Below, one piece after another: positions 13,195-26,400 of a DNA stretch of 64,000 nucleotides. The stretch lies in the NCBI GenBank assembly GCA_030141605.1, contig JAQGDQ010000053.1, forward strand, positions 620,001 to 684,000, written 5' to 3'. The number at the start of each line of letters is the position of its first letter. Positions within the stretch are counted from its first letter, which is position 1. The translations under genes and the position numbers were made by a program. The notes under the pieces were generated by a model. That model searched no databases and was not told the origin of the DNA. It saw nothing but the letters and a program-made list of their open reading frames with translations. This DNA comes from Tubiluchus corallicola (taxonomy: Eukaryota > Animalia > Priapulida).

Positions 13195-13595
13195 TTAAGC
13201 TCGGTATCCATACAAACAAACTTCATCTGCGATGTCGCGAGTCGACGTTGTATCGTAATAATATTTCCTTATTATTTGAAACTACAACTTGTGATTAATT
13301 TAGACGACATAAATCGTGGATGATTTGAGTATGAGTGACCATTAATTATGTTATTCCAAAATGCAGATATCTGACGTCCAAACACAGCAATTTTTACAAA
13401 AGTTACATCGGCATGGCAGCGATTATTGTTAATTTATCAAATTACAATGTTTTACGTTTACTTTAAAGAACACAATTGCAAAAAGAAAGCACAGGTTTTG
13501 GGTGAGAGACATTAAAAAGAATGTTGATCAAGGACAATTTTACACTCTGTTTCAAGAATTAGAAGCTTGGAGACAGAATGTACTTTTACGAGTAG
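13195..13595 (+). mobile_element. PIF/Harbinger transposon relic (transposase N-terminal fragment)
   Basis: 13481-13594 translates KRKHRFWVRDIKKNVDQGQFYTLFQEL then, after a frameshift, KLGDRMYFY, resembling the RFWVR..G.F..L..EL.LGDR..F pattern of Harbinger transposases; possible TAA-flanked end near 13196. Confidence 0.6.
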
Positions 13596-16500
13596 GATTA
13601 TTAGGATCTTTTTTAAATTCTCGCCACACGCACCTCTAATTTACTGAATAAGCTTATTTTATATCTGCCTTTATATGGAACTCCGAGCTTTTGCTGCTTA
13701 CTGCGATCACTCATTTACTACATTAATCAAAATAGAGACAGACACAGCAGTTAATTAAAAGTGCAGCAGCTATAGCCCAAGTTGTGCAAAGAGAGACTAC
13801 ATGTACTTTCACAGTATTTTAGAGTATTTTGTTTCTACAGAGACCTTATGTAATTTCGTTCATTTTTAGATATCTAAACTATTTTTGTATTTTGTGCAAC
13901 AAACATTTTTACATCATTATGATATTGAGAAAATCAAAATCTATCCATTTTTCAGACTATCTATTGCAGCCATCTTTGAAATCAAAACGACCACCGTCCA
14001 TATCAAAATTTTATTCGTATCTCTGCTTCTAAGTTGGGTAGATGGATTTGATGACAAAACAAAAATAACTTAGAGCAATCAAAAATGCAGAGATATTAAT
14101 TACATTCAAGAAATGTGAAGTAAGATGTTTGATAGTAGCAGCTTGTTGTGTCAGACATTCTGTCAAGGCTGCAACAGGAAGGTTCATAAGATCACCAGGA
14201 TTGCTCATTTTCCTTAAAAGCATGAAATTTTCTAAAATGCCAGAACCCGTCAAGGTAATTAACTATGAGTGTGGAGTCAAACGAATGTCATTCAATATGG
14301 CTGCAATTTCCAAAATGGCCCACAAGATATCTGTTATCCGCAAATAACTTGTCCAGATTTCTCAAGACGTTAGTCTGTTTAATTGCGCCAATCGTTCTAC
14401 GATTTTTCAAATAATGAGAAGGAATGCAGCAAAGCTGTTTATGGCTATATGTCAACATGGGTAGATCTAACGTTGGGAAACTTTCCACGTGAGAAGAAGC
14501 CCCCTCCCACAATATTCTTTTAATTTTATTAAATGGCAACAAAATGATGGCAGTTTCACTCCCTAAATCAGCATCTGCCCAAAGTCATTGAATACTTAGT
14601 TTGTTTCTGATTTTTCTGGGAAAGGATTAACCAAGAAGATTAGCTGTTTCTATGCGTAGGTACTGCTCCTTAGCAAACAGCTAAACAATTTTGTACATAT
14701 CCCTGAACAAGGTGCATGAAGATTAGCTCTAAACTACCTGGCGTACAGAGTTTTGTGATCTAGGAGCCTAGAAAAATAGTTTTATTTCCAATAAAATGAC
14801 GTTTGCCAAGATTAAACTTAATTTTTGAGATTTAACCATGACAACTTTTCAAAAAGAGCTCAAATTTATCATCATCGTTTAAATCAACAAAACCGGGACC
14901 TAGAGCTCTTGGAGTAAACTGAACCACCGCATTGCGCTCTATGCGCAGGTCAGTAACACTTGCGTCACATCTTCAAAGAAGCTGTTGAGGCGTTTGATCT
15001 TCTGTTTCTAGCTTGCGGGTATTTTCATTTCATTTTGCACTTTTCCTCATTCAAAGCGCAAAGGTACTAATGGACTATTTAGAATTCACCTAGATCAATC
15101 GTAACCTTCAGCCTTTTCTACACTATATCGTTTCACAGTCAGTCAATCAGTGTTCTTATGATGTTTCAGAACTGTTATCTCCAGCTTTGGTCTTCCTGGT
15201 TCTGCTCATATCCCATGCAACAAGCTTACTATAAGAACTAATCTAGGAGCTTGCGGTAAACTGTCTAGCTTTCATTACGAATCCGCTTCTTTTTGAAACT
15301 CTTACTGAGCTTCGGATTTCCGTCTAAGGTTATTAGTTTTCATATATTTGCCTTTTCGTGTCTTTAAACAGTAATATAGTACTTACGGGAAATTCTTTTA
15401 TGATCCTTACTTTCAGTACGATCTTGCAATTTTTCACTGTAATGCTTTGAAAGGAGCAGTTAGTCGCTGCAGCCTCAGTTTCGCTATTTCGTGTATTTTC
15501 AGTATATATTTATTTGCATTCTATAATAAAACTAAATTCTATGTTTACTGAGAATAACTTCATTGGTCGAACGTGTTAAAATAGGCCTTAGCACTTAATA
15601 ATTAATCGACATTAAACAAATAATTGAATTACGTTAACTAAAAAGTGGTAAATTTATGTTCAAATTCTTATCCTACCTTCCATCACAAATTAAAAGATCT
15701 ACAGCGTTCTGCATGACACATGCAATTTTCAAACTTTTGTCGCCTTACATTTTAGATTCGATAAACAATTTTGGTAAACAATGATAAGAAGTGTGGATTA
15801 CAAAGGGCGGCCACAGTTAGTAACGTGAAAAAGAAACCAGATCTTTGATACTGACTGACTTGCCTCATTTTCCTCTTCAACGAAAAACCTAATAACGGGC
15901 TACGGCAGCAGTTTAGTAATAAACTAAAAGATGTGTTAGTTGAATTACATCGTCAAGACAGACAAGAGTAAAACACAGCTATATTATATTAGCAAATATA
16001 CAATAGTTTGGCTTAAATTATGATTCATAATAAGTCTATGCAAAAAAGAAAGACTTTGTTATTATTGCCTATATATATTTTACTTTGCTAAAATTGAATG
16101 AATTTTTCTAGCAATAGTTGTCTGAATGTCGAAGAATGATGAAAGTGGAATAAGCAAAACTATTAGCGCAATGTGTATGTCAAAGGACCACCGGACGAAG
16201 ACTTGCCTGAAAATACTCACCAGTCAAAAGACCCATCAAATAAAAATTAGCAGAACAGGCAAATGTCAACAGAAAAATCCTGTGAGACACATTGTGTTTT
16301 GTGTTGAGATATTTATATCAGTAATTTGTAGATGTTAAACTGTGAAGTCCTGCATTATTTATGTTTCAGTATTCTTCTACTGTGTCAAAAGTACACTTTG
16401 CCAAAATACTTTGTTTTTGCATCGAATAAATCGATGGTAATTTAAAAAATAAAATTTAATTTGAAAAAAAACTTAATTTAAAACTAAAATAAACTTAATT

Positions 16501-18646
16501 TAAAAAAATTAAGTTCAACATTTTGAGGTTTAATAGAGCAATTTGGAAATAGTATCTTGATGAGAATGATGTGATCTGTGACAACCAAGTCTCGTCTTTA
16601 ACTGCCTTTCTTCGCTAATTAACTTTAGACAAAAAGCAATAGCCTCTGGACTTTTTGTTGGGAGCCAAGGTTAGTTACCGCAACAACAAAGAAATCACAT
16701 ATTTGGGATAGTACACAGTAAAGTTTGTTTTTATAAGGATAGTGCACCTGTATGAAGTTTTGATTGCAATGATGCAGGACCATTATTTCGGGAACCTATC
16801 ACTGATAAGCAACGGATTAAGATGATACAGAGGAAATAACATGTTTCATACCTTCCTTGCAACAAATGGGCAAATATTAAAACATTTCCCAATGACCTGA
16901 GAGTATCCTCAAGCCTACTTAATAAAAATGATTTCTCGTTTACGCTTTTTAAAGCATCTAATTAGCTTTTTATCTGTAGTCTTGTGTATCTGTTAGTCTT
17001 TTATCCATAAGTCCTGTGCACAGCTGAGTATTTTAACTTTTCTTACATAGCTATGTACTTTTTGATGTACGATGTTAAAAAACCAAGAAAATAATAAAGA
17101 ACAATTATAATTGAAGAAAATAATAAATAAAATAATTCATTTCTTCGGATTCAAGTGTTTTTATTTGTTGTACTGATCAGAAATTTTGTACCTTGGTATA
17201 CTAGTAATGGCTTTTTAAATTTGGATAATTTTGAAAATGTATAAATATGTAGTTTGGATCAATGAAATAGTCCAAAACACACTTTATTGTTAATTACACG
17301 GTAGGAAAACTCCAGTCTCCAGATCCCTACTTCTATATCTTGTCTTCAAAAATCATAAAGGTACTCACACTTTTACTTATTACGTACGCGAATTACTTAT
17401 TACTTTATGCATAGCTCACGATTAGCAACCGATTCAAAAAGGAAAAATAAAAGAGATCAAATTTTAATTTTAGAGTATTTTTAATGTAGAAGTGAATTCT
17501 AATGGCGAGACATTCACACTCAAGCAATATTTTCGTAGCGTGAAAGCCGAAAACGTCCAAAAATATTAAATTTTAATGAATCATAAATAATACGTTGGCA
17601 TAACACATCCCTGACTAAGTTGCTTTGTACTAAGTTCCTGAACCCCTGACGGACGAAGCCTCATAATATACGTACCTAGATATACTTACAACTCGCTTCC
17701 AGTTGTAAAATTAACCGGACTTTTCAGGCATAAATCATTTAAACAGAAAATTTTACAAGAAAGAAGCATAAGTGAAACGACTTCTTGTTTTAGTAATAAA
17801 AATATTTCACATCGCGACATATTGCTAACTTGTATGTATACATTAAGCAAAACGTTCAAATCGCGGTCTACTTTAATTAACGGATCCCCGTCATTAATTT
17901 CTAGTTACAAATTTGTAGCAGCACTGAGACCAGGTAATGCAATTGCAAATAAAAACAAGTACAAAACCACAAAGCTGATTAAATCTAGGTCTACATAGCC
18001 TTTAGAGATGTGGAAAAGTAATAAGCGTTTTAGTTAAAAACTGAATCAAGTAATTGATGCATACACTTACAAATCTTGAATCAGTGCAATTTTAGGTCCA
18101 ATCCGAATGCCGAGTAACGTTCTCCTGTACAGCAAGTCAACGCACTAATAGTTAGCTCTAATTAATTCAACTAGGGTTGGTACTTGCAATGAAGACTAAT
18201 TATTTTAGAGAAGTCATCTTCCTGTACCACCTGCGATGCTTCCATGCTGAGAACAGCTGCTTACCGGTTGCAGCTACACTGAATGTGTCGTCCGTAGGTG
18301 GCAGCAGTAGCTGATTTAGTGTTTTTATATTTTAATGTATTAATGTACTTGGCTTATACGTTTTTACGTAATTGCCTTGTAAATAAAGCGCTTTCTATTT
18401 GCGATGTTCGTAAATCTCCACGAGGTGCAATTACACTCTTACTGTTTCATATTAAAAAATCAAAACGACTGTTCTTTTTTCAATACAAATCAAATGGTTA
18501 CTGTAACAATATTAGGTATCTTGAATCGAAAATCACATATCCTAAGCTCGCCTTGTATAGGTCTAGGTGCGACAAATTACAAATTACAGTGCCTATTTTA
18601 CATAATCTAATCTGCAAAAAAGTGAATAAGTATTTTAAATACATAA

Positions 18647-18686
18647 CGATGATGATGATGATGATGACGATGACGACGACGACGAT
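18647..18686. repeat. (ATG)n(ACG)n trinucleotide microsatellite
   Basis: cgatgatgatgatgatgatgacgatgacgacgacgacgat. Confidence 0.9.
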
Positions 18687-18799
18687 AAGTATAGCAAATA
18701 ATGCTTCCTGCGCTTATTATTACGATAATAGTAATCTTAGGAAAAAATTTAACGCATATCTACACACCTTTGCGAGGGAATGGCGCCAGACTGTAAATA

Positions 18800-19950
18800 A
18801 CAAATGTAATAGTTGAAAGATGAAGAAGGTAACGTTAACGAAATACTAAAAGAAATCAAAGAACTATCGCGAAACTATTATATGGAACTACAGCAGGGAA
18901 TCAGTTAGAGTAAAAGAATGGAATGCAAAAGAAATGACTGACAGAATGATAAAGCAGATTGAGATATTACTCATATTAGCAATAAATTGTTGTAAATTGC
19001 GAAACAGGACATAAAAGAAGTCACACGCGAAATAAAGAATCTAAAAATAAAAATAGCTCAAGACACGCAAGGAATAGCGCATTGTGCTGCAGAAAATAAG
19101 GTTGGACAGTTAGCGGCAGTAACCATTTCAAAATTGAATGATACAGTATTAGTACAAATTATAATTGGTAAAGCTGAAACTTGGACTAATATGACAAGAA
19201 CAGAAATACAAGAAATGGAGAAAAATACAAGAGAATGCATCAAATAAAGTAACGAGTAAAACCCAAAGTGCATGTTATTGAAGATTAGAACATGGCTATG
19301 GAAAAAAATGATGGTATTTTACTCCATGACACTTTGATGAAAATTGCTTAGCAAAACAAACATTAGCTGAAAAGATCGTAAGAGTTTCCTAACTCATAAA
19401 TGCTGGCCTGATAATTTTGATGAATTTAAAATCGGGTAAGACAGTGAAATAAAAGCAGAAAAAGAGTTATGAAACTAAAGCGATAAACATGGGGAAAAGA
19501 TGTAAGGAATGCTAGAGAACAAAGGTTACTAAATCGTACAAGTAAAAAATAGCAAATAAAATTAATAAAAGAGCTAAGGTTTTTAAAATTAAACAGAGCT
19601 GCGAAGAAAATACATCCCAAACTGCAATAATTATAAGACACGTTAGTGCAATAATGAAAGTGCAATTCAATGTGATAACCTGAAGACAAACTATAGGAAT
19701 AAGTATAGAGATACCCACCGTAGTACACTGTGCAGAGCAAAATACAACAGAGCATCTTTTTTGTGTTACAAGCTAGTTAGCAAAAGAAAAGTGCAATGTG
19801 GAAGATATCCAAGCACTTTCCAGTACAAAGTATTTAATGTCAAAACGTTGAAGAAGTAAGTCAAGAAGAAGAAAGATATTAGAATTATAAAATTGGAAAA
19901 TTTGAAAACGCAGAAGTAGAGAAAAATCCAAAACAGAATTAGAAATTAGT
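18800..19950 (+). mobile_element. Decayed non-LTR retrotransposon, 3' part of ORF2
   Basis: A-rich broken frames: ENKVGQLAAVTISKLNDTVLVQIIIGKAETWTNMTRTEIQEMEK (post-RT ETWT motif) and KTNYRNKYRDT..C..NTTEHLFC (C-terminal zinc-knuckle-like); many stops and frameshifts. Confidence 0.65.
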
Positions 19951-20220
19951 GATGTGTGGCCTTAAGATGCCTATTAGAGCAAGGCAGTCTCGTTGAACAG
20001 CAATGAAATGTACTGTACACTACTAAAGCATCTAGAATACTAATCCATTGTTTAATTACCCAGGAGTAGTAATGTGTTAGTTCGGTTATTCTGCCTGTTC
20101 TTGACTGAGCAAACTTAGCAGCAGCAGTCTATTGCCTCATTAAGCAGCACTAGGCAATAAAGCTCAGCGAGTGAGCTCGCGGTGAGATTTTGAGTCAAGA
20201 TTCTCACGATGAAATTTTGC

Positions 20221-20378
20221 GGCTTCTGCGCAGATGCCTTTTTTGCACCTCCGCCATTATGTTATGCGTCGCGTTTTCAAGCTTTTTGCTTAATTTAACG
20301 ATTAGGTTTTCAACCTAATGTTTTTAAAATAATCTTTTTACATAAAATAGAAATTGTGTGTAAAGGTCTGCCATTTTC
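20221..20378 (+). promoter_or_regulatory. Probable SCAF core promoter / 5' UTR
   Basis: CpG-rich patch with TGCGCA (20227) and YY1-like CCGCCATTAT (20251-20260) just upstream of the start codon. Confidence 0.45.
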
Positions 20379-20408
20379 ATGGAGAACGTAAAGGCATTCA
20401 ACAACGAG
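20379..20408 (+). CDS. SCAF8: SCAF4/8 exon 1 (CID start)
   Basis: MENVKAFNNE then GAG|GTAACT donor; matches the family N-terminus (MEAVKTFNSE). Confidence 0.9.
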
Positions 20409-23400
20409 GTAACTATCAGTTTTGAAAACTAAAACAAAGTACTGTCTGAAAATTCTGTCCCAGACACGTTCTCGTGATTGCTATAGATACATTATACTGG
20501 TATAATGGCAAATCTTGGCGGGAGAAAAGCCTCCGTAAAACTTTTAAGATACTTCTGGCTTCAGCTCTCAGGTCTAACGGTAGACCACTGTACATACCTT
20601 TTATATTTGCGGATAACAGCCTTTCCTAATAAAATTTTATAAAAAAACTTGTTCAACTTTTGGCTGGGTAGCGTTCACAACTTTACTTGGCACGTGGAAT
20701 GCTATTACCTAATACCTAATGTCCTAATACCAACATATTCATGTATATAGTACAGTAAATCATTTATTTTTTTGTGTTGTGCTACCTCCACAAATAACAG
20801 GGCTTAAATAGAAGTGTGTGTGATATAACACTGAGGTTTTTTACGCATCTTGTCTATCCATATCTGTGAAAACAAATTGGGAACTACCATATAAGAAGAG
20901 CGTAGCTGCAAGGTAACAAACTTAGAAGTGCGTCGAAAGCATAATTTATGTTTGGGCTAAATCGAACTAAAAATCGGTTTTCAAACCCAAATATTTGGCA
21001 TTTCAGAATCCAATGTCAATTTATGCAAGTGTGCCATTAGTGTCAGCTTGCATAGTCACTGGTAGTGGTGTCCAATTAATCAAAATATAAGTTGTAGTTC
21101 TTAATTTCTGTGAGGACTAACTGGAACTAATCTGTTAACTGTAAACAAACGTTTTTTATTTTTTCATGAGCATTAGCGAAATTCCCAAAAGTAATGTTAA
21201 ATGTTTAAAGACTTGCAGTGTTTCTCTGCAGAAAGAAAAAGGAAGAAAAAGTTCCAGGTTATCATATTTAATGTTGCAAGACAAATTATACTGTAAAGTT
21301 GACAGCAAAAAGAAAAGGGAAGGAAGAGTTCCATGTTTTCAAAACACTACGGAACTTCAGAAGCACAGATGCAGCTAGAATTTTAAAATTTTGTTGAAAA
21401 TGATACAAAAAGCTAAACTATAGTCTGTTTCTATAGTTTCTGTGGCTGTGATAAAACATTTTATCTATATCGTAGTTTTACATTTAAAATGTACGAAAAC
21501 ATGCAAAGTTATTCAATTCATTGCACCATTGCCTAGATGAGTTGCCTTTTTTGAACATTACTGTGTGCGATACCACGTATCTCAGGTGTATCGATCTTGA
21601 ATAGTGCATTCCATTTTTTTCCTGCTTAGTTATTTCACAATTACAAAAGGTTAGCTCTCATCTGTCTTAGAAGAGGTGTCTGTTTTTATCTTTTTGACAT
21701 TGTGGAAACAGTGCTATAATGCCAGAGGAAGGAATCCTAGAGATTTCAATATTTAGGGACTAATCTTGAATTTTGGTGATGAAATGAGAAAACGATACTG
21801 AAAAACGGAAAATGAGAATGAGAAAAAAGAGAAAGTTAGCAGAGAGGTAAATCTACGCATTATGGATGTCACGAAGCTCCGACAGAACCGGAACTTCGAT
21901 TTGATCCAATCTGCTGAACTTTTGTGTTACTTTAGATTCAATCTGATTCGGCACAGACCTTTAAGAAAATAAATCTGGTTTAGCTTTGGCTGCAGAGACG
22001 ATTCAGTAGGATTTTATTATAAAAGTGCTGTATGCTCATTTGCCTTTAAATTTTTCGGCAAAATCCTGAAGTCACTGCCTTTTTTGATAATGTTGCCCTA
22101 ATTGAAATATGCCAGTGTTGCCCACATTCAGTTTCAGCGTGTATTCAACTGATGAAATCCTACGTGAAAGCACTCGACACATTATGATTTTAACAGGTAG
22201 TTTCAATGTGGCTTAGATGATAGTGGTTATTTGCCATCCATGTTACACGGACTAGAGTGTAGGTGAAAGCACCCCAAGGAATTTGTTGACTAACAGATCA
22301 TGTTATGTTGGTAGTCACTGGCAGAAAAAAATCTGTTACAAAATAATAAATCGTCTATATTAGTCTTTATTATTGCAGAATTACACTCATATCTCGGTTT
22401 GCAGGTAGACATCAGTCCGAACTTGCCGATTGTCTGTATTTACTGATACTAAGCTAATATAATAGGCGCTTTGTATTAGAGATTCAGATTCAGTAAATAA
22501 GATTCGTGGCATCTCTACTACATGTTGCTTGAACCTGTTTTCGGGCCTTACTTCTTTACTTGTTAGAACCAAAATGGCAGTTAAGTGACAGAACTGATTA
22601 AAAGTTGCTTTAAAATTAACAAACCTAGGGAACTTGGACTTACTTATGCCTTTAATACTCATTAACCAGATTAACACATGTGTCACAATTTTGTTTAGCA
22701 GAAAATGTGTAGCTAACTTTTTAGCTTATTTCTAACATTGGATACTAATAATGGTGCCTAACACTTCTTGCAGTTGTGTAACTGTTATTGAAAAAAGTTC
22801 TTTTTTGTTTTAGTTGTCCTCAATATGTGAGGTCAAGCCGCCAATTTCAAAGGCAAAAATGATGGTTGTCACCAAGGCAGCTATACGAGCCATCAAAATG
22901 TACAAGCATGTAGTGCAGAGCGTGGAAAAATTTATAATGAAGGTTGGGATTTTTCCTAGTAAATAAAGTTTATGCATTCACATTTCTACCTGACTAATTT
23001 GTTTTTCCAATCGATGTTTAATTTATACTATTTATGCATTGAAAGAAAAATTATCGTTAAAATATTGGTCATGTTTATAAAGTATGGTTAATAACAGGGA
23101 TGAGAATTTTACGCGGAATTCCAAGTTTTTGGAAGACCAGTAATGCCATTTTTGTAAATCGCGTAAATTCGTTGAGAAAATTTTTCGGGCATGAACCTCG
23201 TTTTCGTCTAAATCGTAAGCGAAACTTTCAGTAGCATTTTTCGAGGTGTTATCCAGCTTACCTTTTATCTCCTAGATGTTAAAAATTGCTGAAAAATTTT
23301 GGCTAAAATAGTTCGAATAAACCGTAAATATCGTTTATTTGATAATCTGTACGATTTGTAGCATGCCTTTTACGGCAATGCGGCATATCTTCATTGCTGA

Positions 23401-26400
23401 CAAATGTGAAGCTTTGAGGCCAGAGACAAACAACCGAAATACCAAAGCGTAATTTGAATAAAACAAAGTTTAATTTTATAGTTTATGAAATATAGGCAAC
23501 AAATATACAAAATAAAATTTGTTCATTTTTTCAAGCTTCATGATCATATGTATCATATATCCTTGATAGTTGGGTATTTTAAATTATGCATGAAACAAGG
23601 TAATTGATATTTTAAGTCCACTCTATGGTTACAAAATTGCAATTTGTTGGTGGCTTGTCATTCTCATCCCTGGTTAATAGTTAAAGTATGGTAAATATTA
23701 ACTCAGTGATTCAAGACTGTTAATAATTCTCTCAGTGGAAAAACTGCACACTAAAAATACAATATTGCATTAATTATGCAATAAAGTTTAGCCCTTTAAC
23801 AAGTTTGTAAAGATAGCATCAATGCGATGACGATAATGCTGCCAAGACTTCCTCCTACTGACGTGAAAACATTTACATTGCTTTCTTAGATGAGCTAACC
23901 GTGACTAATTTATATTTTTTGTAGTGTCGACCTGAATATAAACTGCCTGGGGTTTACGTTGTGGATTCAATTGTCAGACAGTCTCGTCATCAGTTTGGCA
24001 TAGAGAAAGATGTTTTTGCTCCTCGCTTCATGAAAAATATGCACCATGTATTTAAGTTTTTGTTCCAGTGCCCCGAGGAAGACCGAGTACGTACTTTTAG
24101 GTCTTAACCTTTTAGTGACACTCTGGAACTAGATGAAAAATAGTGCTGTTATTGATGCTGTTAGTAATAGGTTTACGACATATTTGTTTAACTGTACATG
24201 GAGGTGCAGAAAATGCAATGTTTATTCACGTGATGTTAAGAAGTACTTTTTGTTTCATTTTCGAGTTTTTAGTCCATTGAGAGTATTGGTTTTGTTTTGA
24301 TAATTGTACTCACACTACAGCTGATGTTATTACTTGTGGTTGGTTAACCGTTTAACCATTCCTGATGACGTCATACATATAACAAAATATTGAATACATA
24401 TGATGAACTAATGTGAAAATATTGCCTAACTGTAGCCTAACCCATTATATAATCAGAGAAATTCACTCAACCTAGTATTTCTTCAGTTCGTAAATAAATT
24501 ATGAACCCCTTTGAATGTTTGAAGAAGTTTTTGAACAAAATTCAAGTTTATAAAGAAATACCTGTGCCTGCCTTCAATTACCCCTTCCAAATCATGCCAT
24601 GTTTACTCACACATCATAGAATCACATGTGCAAACTTTTCGGCTGTTATGTTGTCAATACACACCTACTGCGTGGCGGATAAGTAATTGTATCCGACTGC
24701 ATCATTAGAAGTTAATGTAACAGAGTTTTCCACAAGCAAAAATTAATCTCTTTGTAGAATTTTGTGTGAAAAATGTCGAAATACTAACCGCATACATTTT
24801 AGTTAAATATGTTTGTATTTCGTCTGTTTTCTTTCATATTTTTATTTTTCTAAAATTAATAGTTCATTCATTCCTTCTGTGAGAAGTGGTGAGGTTCAAA
24901 TGTAGCATGTGCCAGCAAGAATATCAAACATCCATCCCGGTGTCATACGCGAATGAAAAACTGCAATTTACCTTTTAGATGCTTCTTAGGCAACAAGACT
25001 AATTGAAACAGTGTTGCAAATAGTACAATTTTATGTAAGCACGTGACATTGCTAACTGCATGTGCAAAAACTCAGAAAACATACAAGGTTTCATTAATAC
25101 GGATATATAGAAAACTTGGCTAGGTAATGGTTAAACGGTTACACCAGTTAGCGGTCGGTTAAACATTTAAATGGTTGACTATCTAAGGCTTAACTCAATC
25201 ATTGCTAACTGTGTGTGCCAACTCAGAAAACATACAAGGTTTCATTAATACGGATAAATATAAAACATGGCTAAATGATTAGAATAAATTTAGGAAAACA
25301 ATTTCTAAAATTTGCATTAGTTTATGTAAACACAGTTCTCGCATTTTAACTATTGAGTCAATGAGAAACTTAAATCATTATCATTAAGTAGTGGTTTTAT
25401 GTATCAGAGTATAGTGAACCACTACACAGTTCTGAACCACTAGAGAGTACTTATTTATTTACTAATGTATTTTGCAGAGCAAAGTTGTAAGAGTGTTGAA
25501 CTTATGGCAGAAGAATAACGTTTTTCCTCCAGAAGCTATCCAGCCATTATTGGACATGGCTGATCCTAGTAATGAGCGTATGTTTGTCAACATTAGTTAG
25601 TTTGATTTTCTGCACTTTGATAATTAGTGAAAACTAACAGCACTGGTTCATTGTGAATTTAATTCTAATCACTATTTTCCATAATTTACTACAGTGTTTT
25701 CTTAATTTCAACTACGTGGACTTTATTAAAACAGCAATTTGCATGCTGTTTATAGTTAGAAAATGTTATGAATTAAGACAGCTATTTGCCTGCTGTTTAT
25801 AGTTAGAAAATGTTATGAATTAAGACAGCAATTTGCATTCTGTTTATAGTATGAAAATGTTATGAGTAGAGAATTATTTTTCTGCATAGTACATCTCTGA
25901 TATAATTATCTTTCTGAATTGTTTTGTTTAACAGCAGCAGAAATAGCCATTGATACAATTCTACAGGAAAGTCCAAAGAAGCCTCCAAATCGGGTTCCTG
26001 TTGTAGATCCTGAACCTGGATGGATGAGGTCTCCAGAAATTGCGGCTAAAGTATAATCATTTATTGAAAAACCTGCTTTACTTTGTTCAGAGTTTTGACT
26101 GAATCATGAATATAAAAGTAATTGCGAGCAAATAGGTTGATTTTCATTAATAAATTTAGCTTTTTTGAATGTTAGTGCATTTTGCTTAATGTAGTTTTTG
26201 TATATTATACATATGTTTTCCTGCCGCTTATTTTTTTTTACTTTTAATTTTTAAACTCTGTTTCTTAGACATGCATTGTGTTAATGTGCATCTTTTACTG
26301 TGTTTTTGACTAATGCAGTAATTAGCATAATTTATCTGTTATGTTTATAATGTAGCCTTCAGAAGCAAGCATGGAGCCTGTTGTACAGCCTGATCCACAA

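Noticed and set aside
16126-16338. Cys-containing 70-aa ORF vaguely like a piggyBac C-terminal Cys-rich domain
   Set aside because: Cys/His spacing incomplete, no TTAA/TIR or DDD core recognised.
18298-18816. 172-aa ORF with poly-Met/Thr
   Set aside because: GTG start, composition typical of AT-rich non-coding DNA, runs through a microsatellite.
21232-21257. Purine-rich 26-nt candidate microexon in SCAF intron 1
   Set aside because: Weak donor (GTTATC), frame-breaking, and exons 1-2 join perfectly in the CID.
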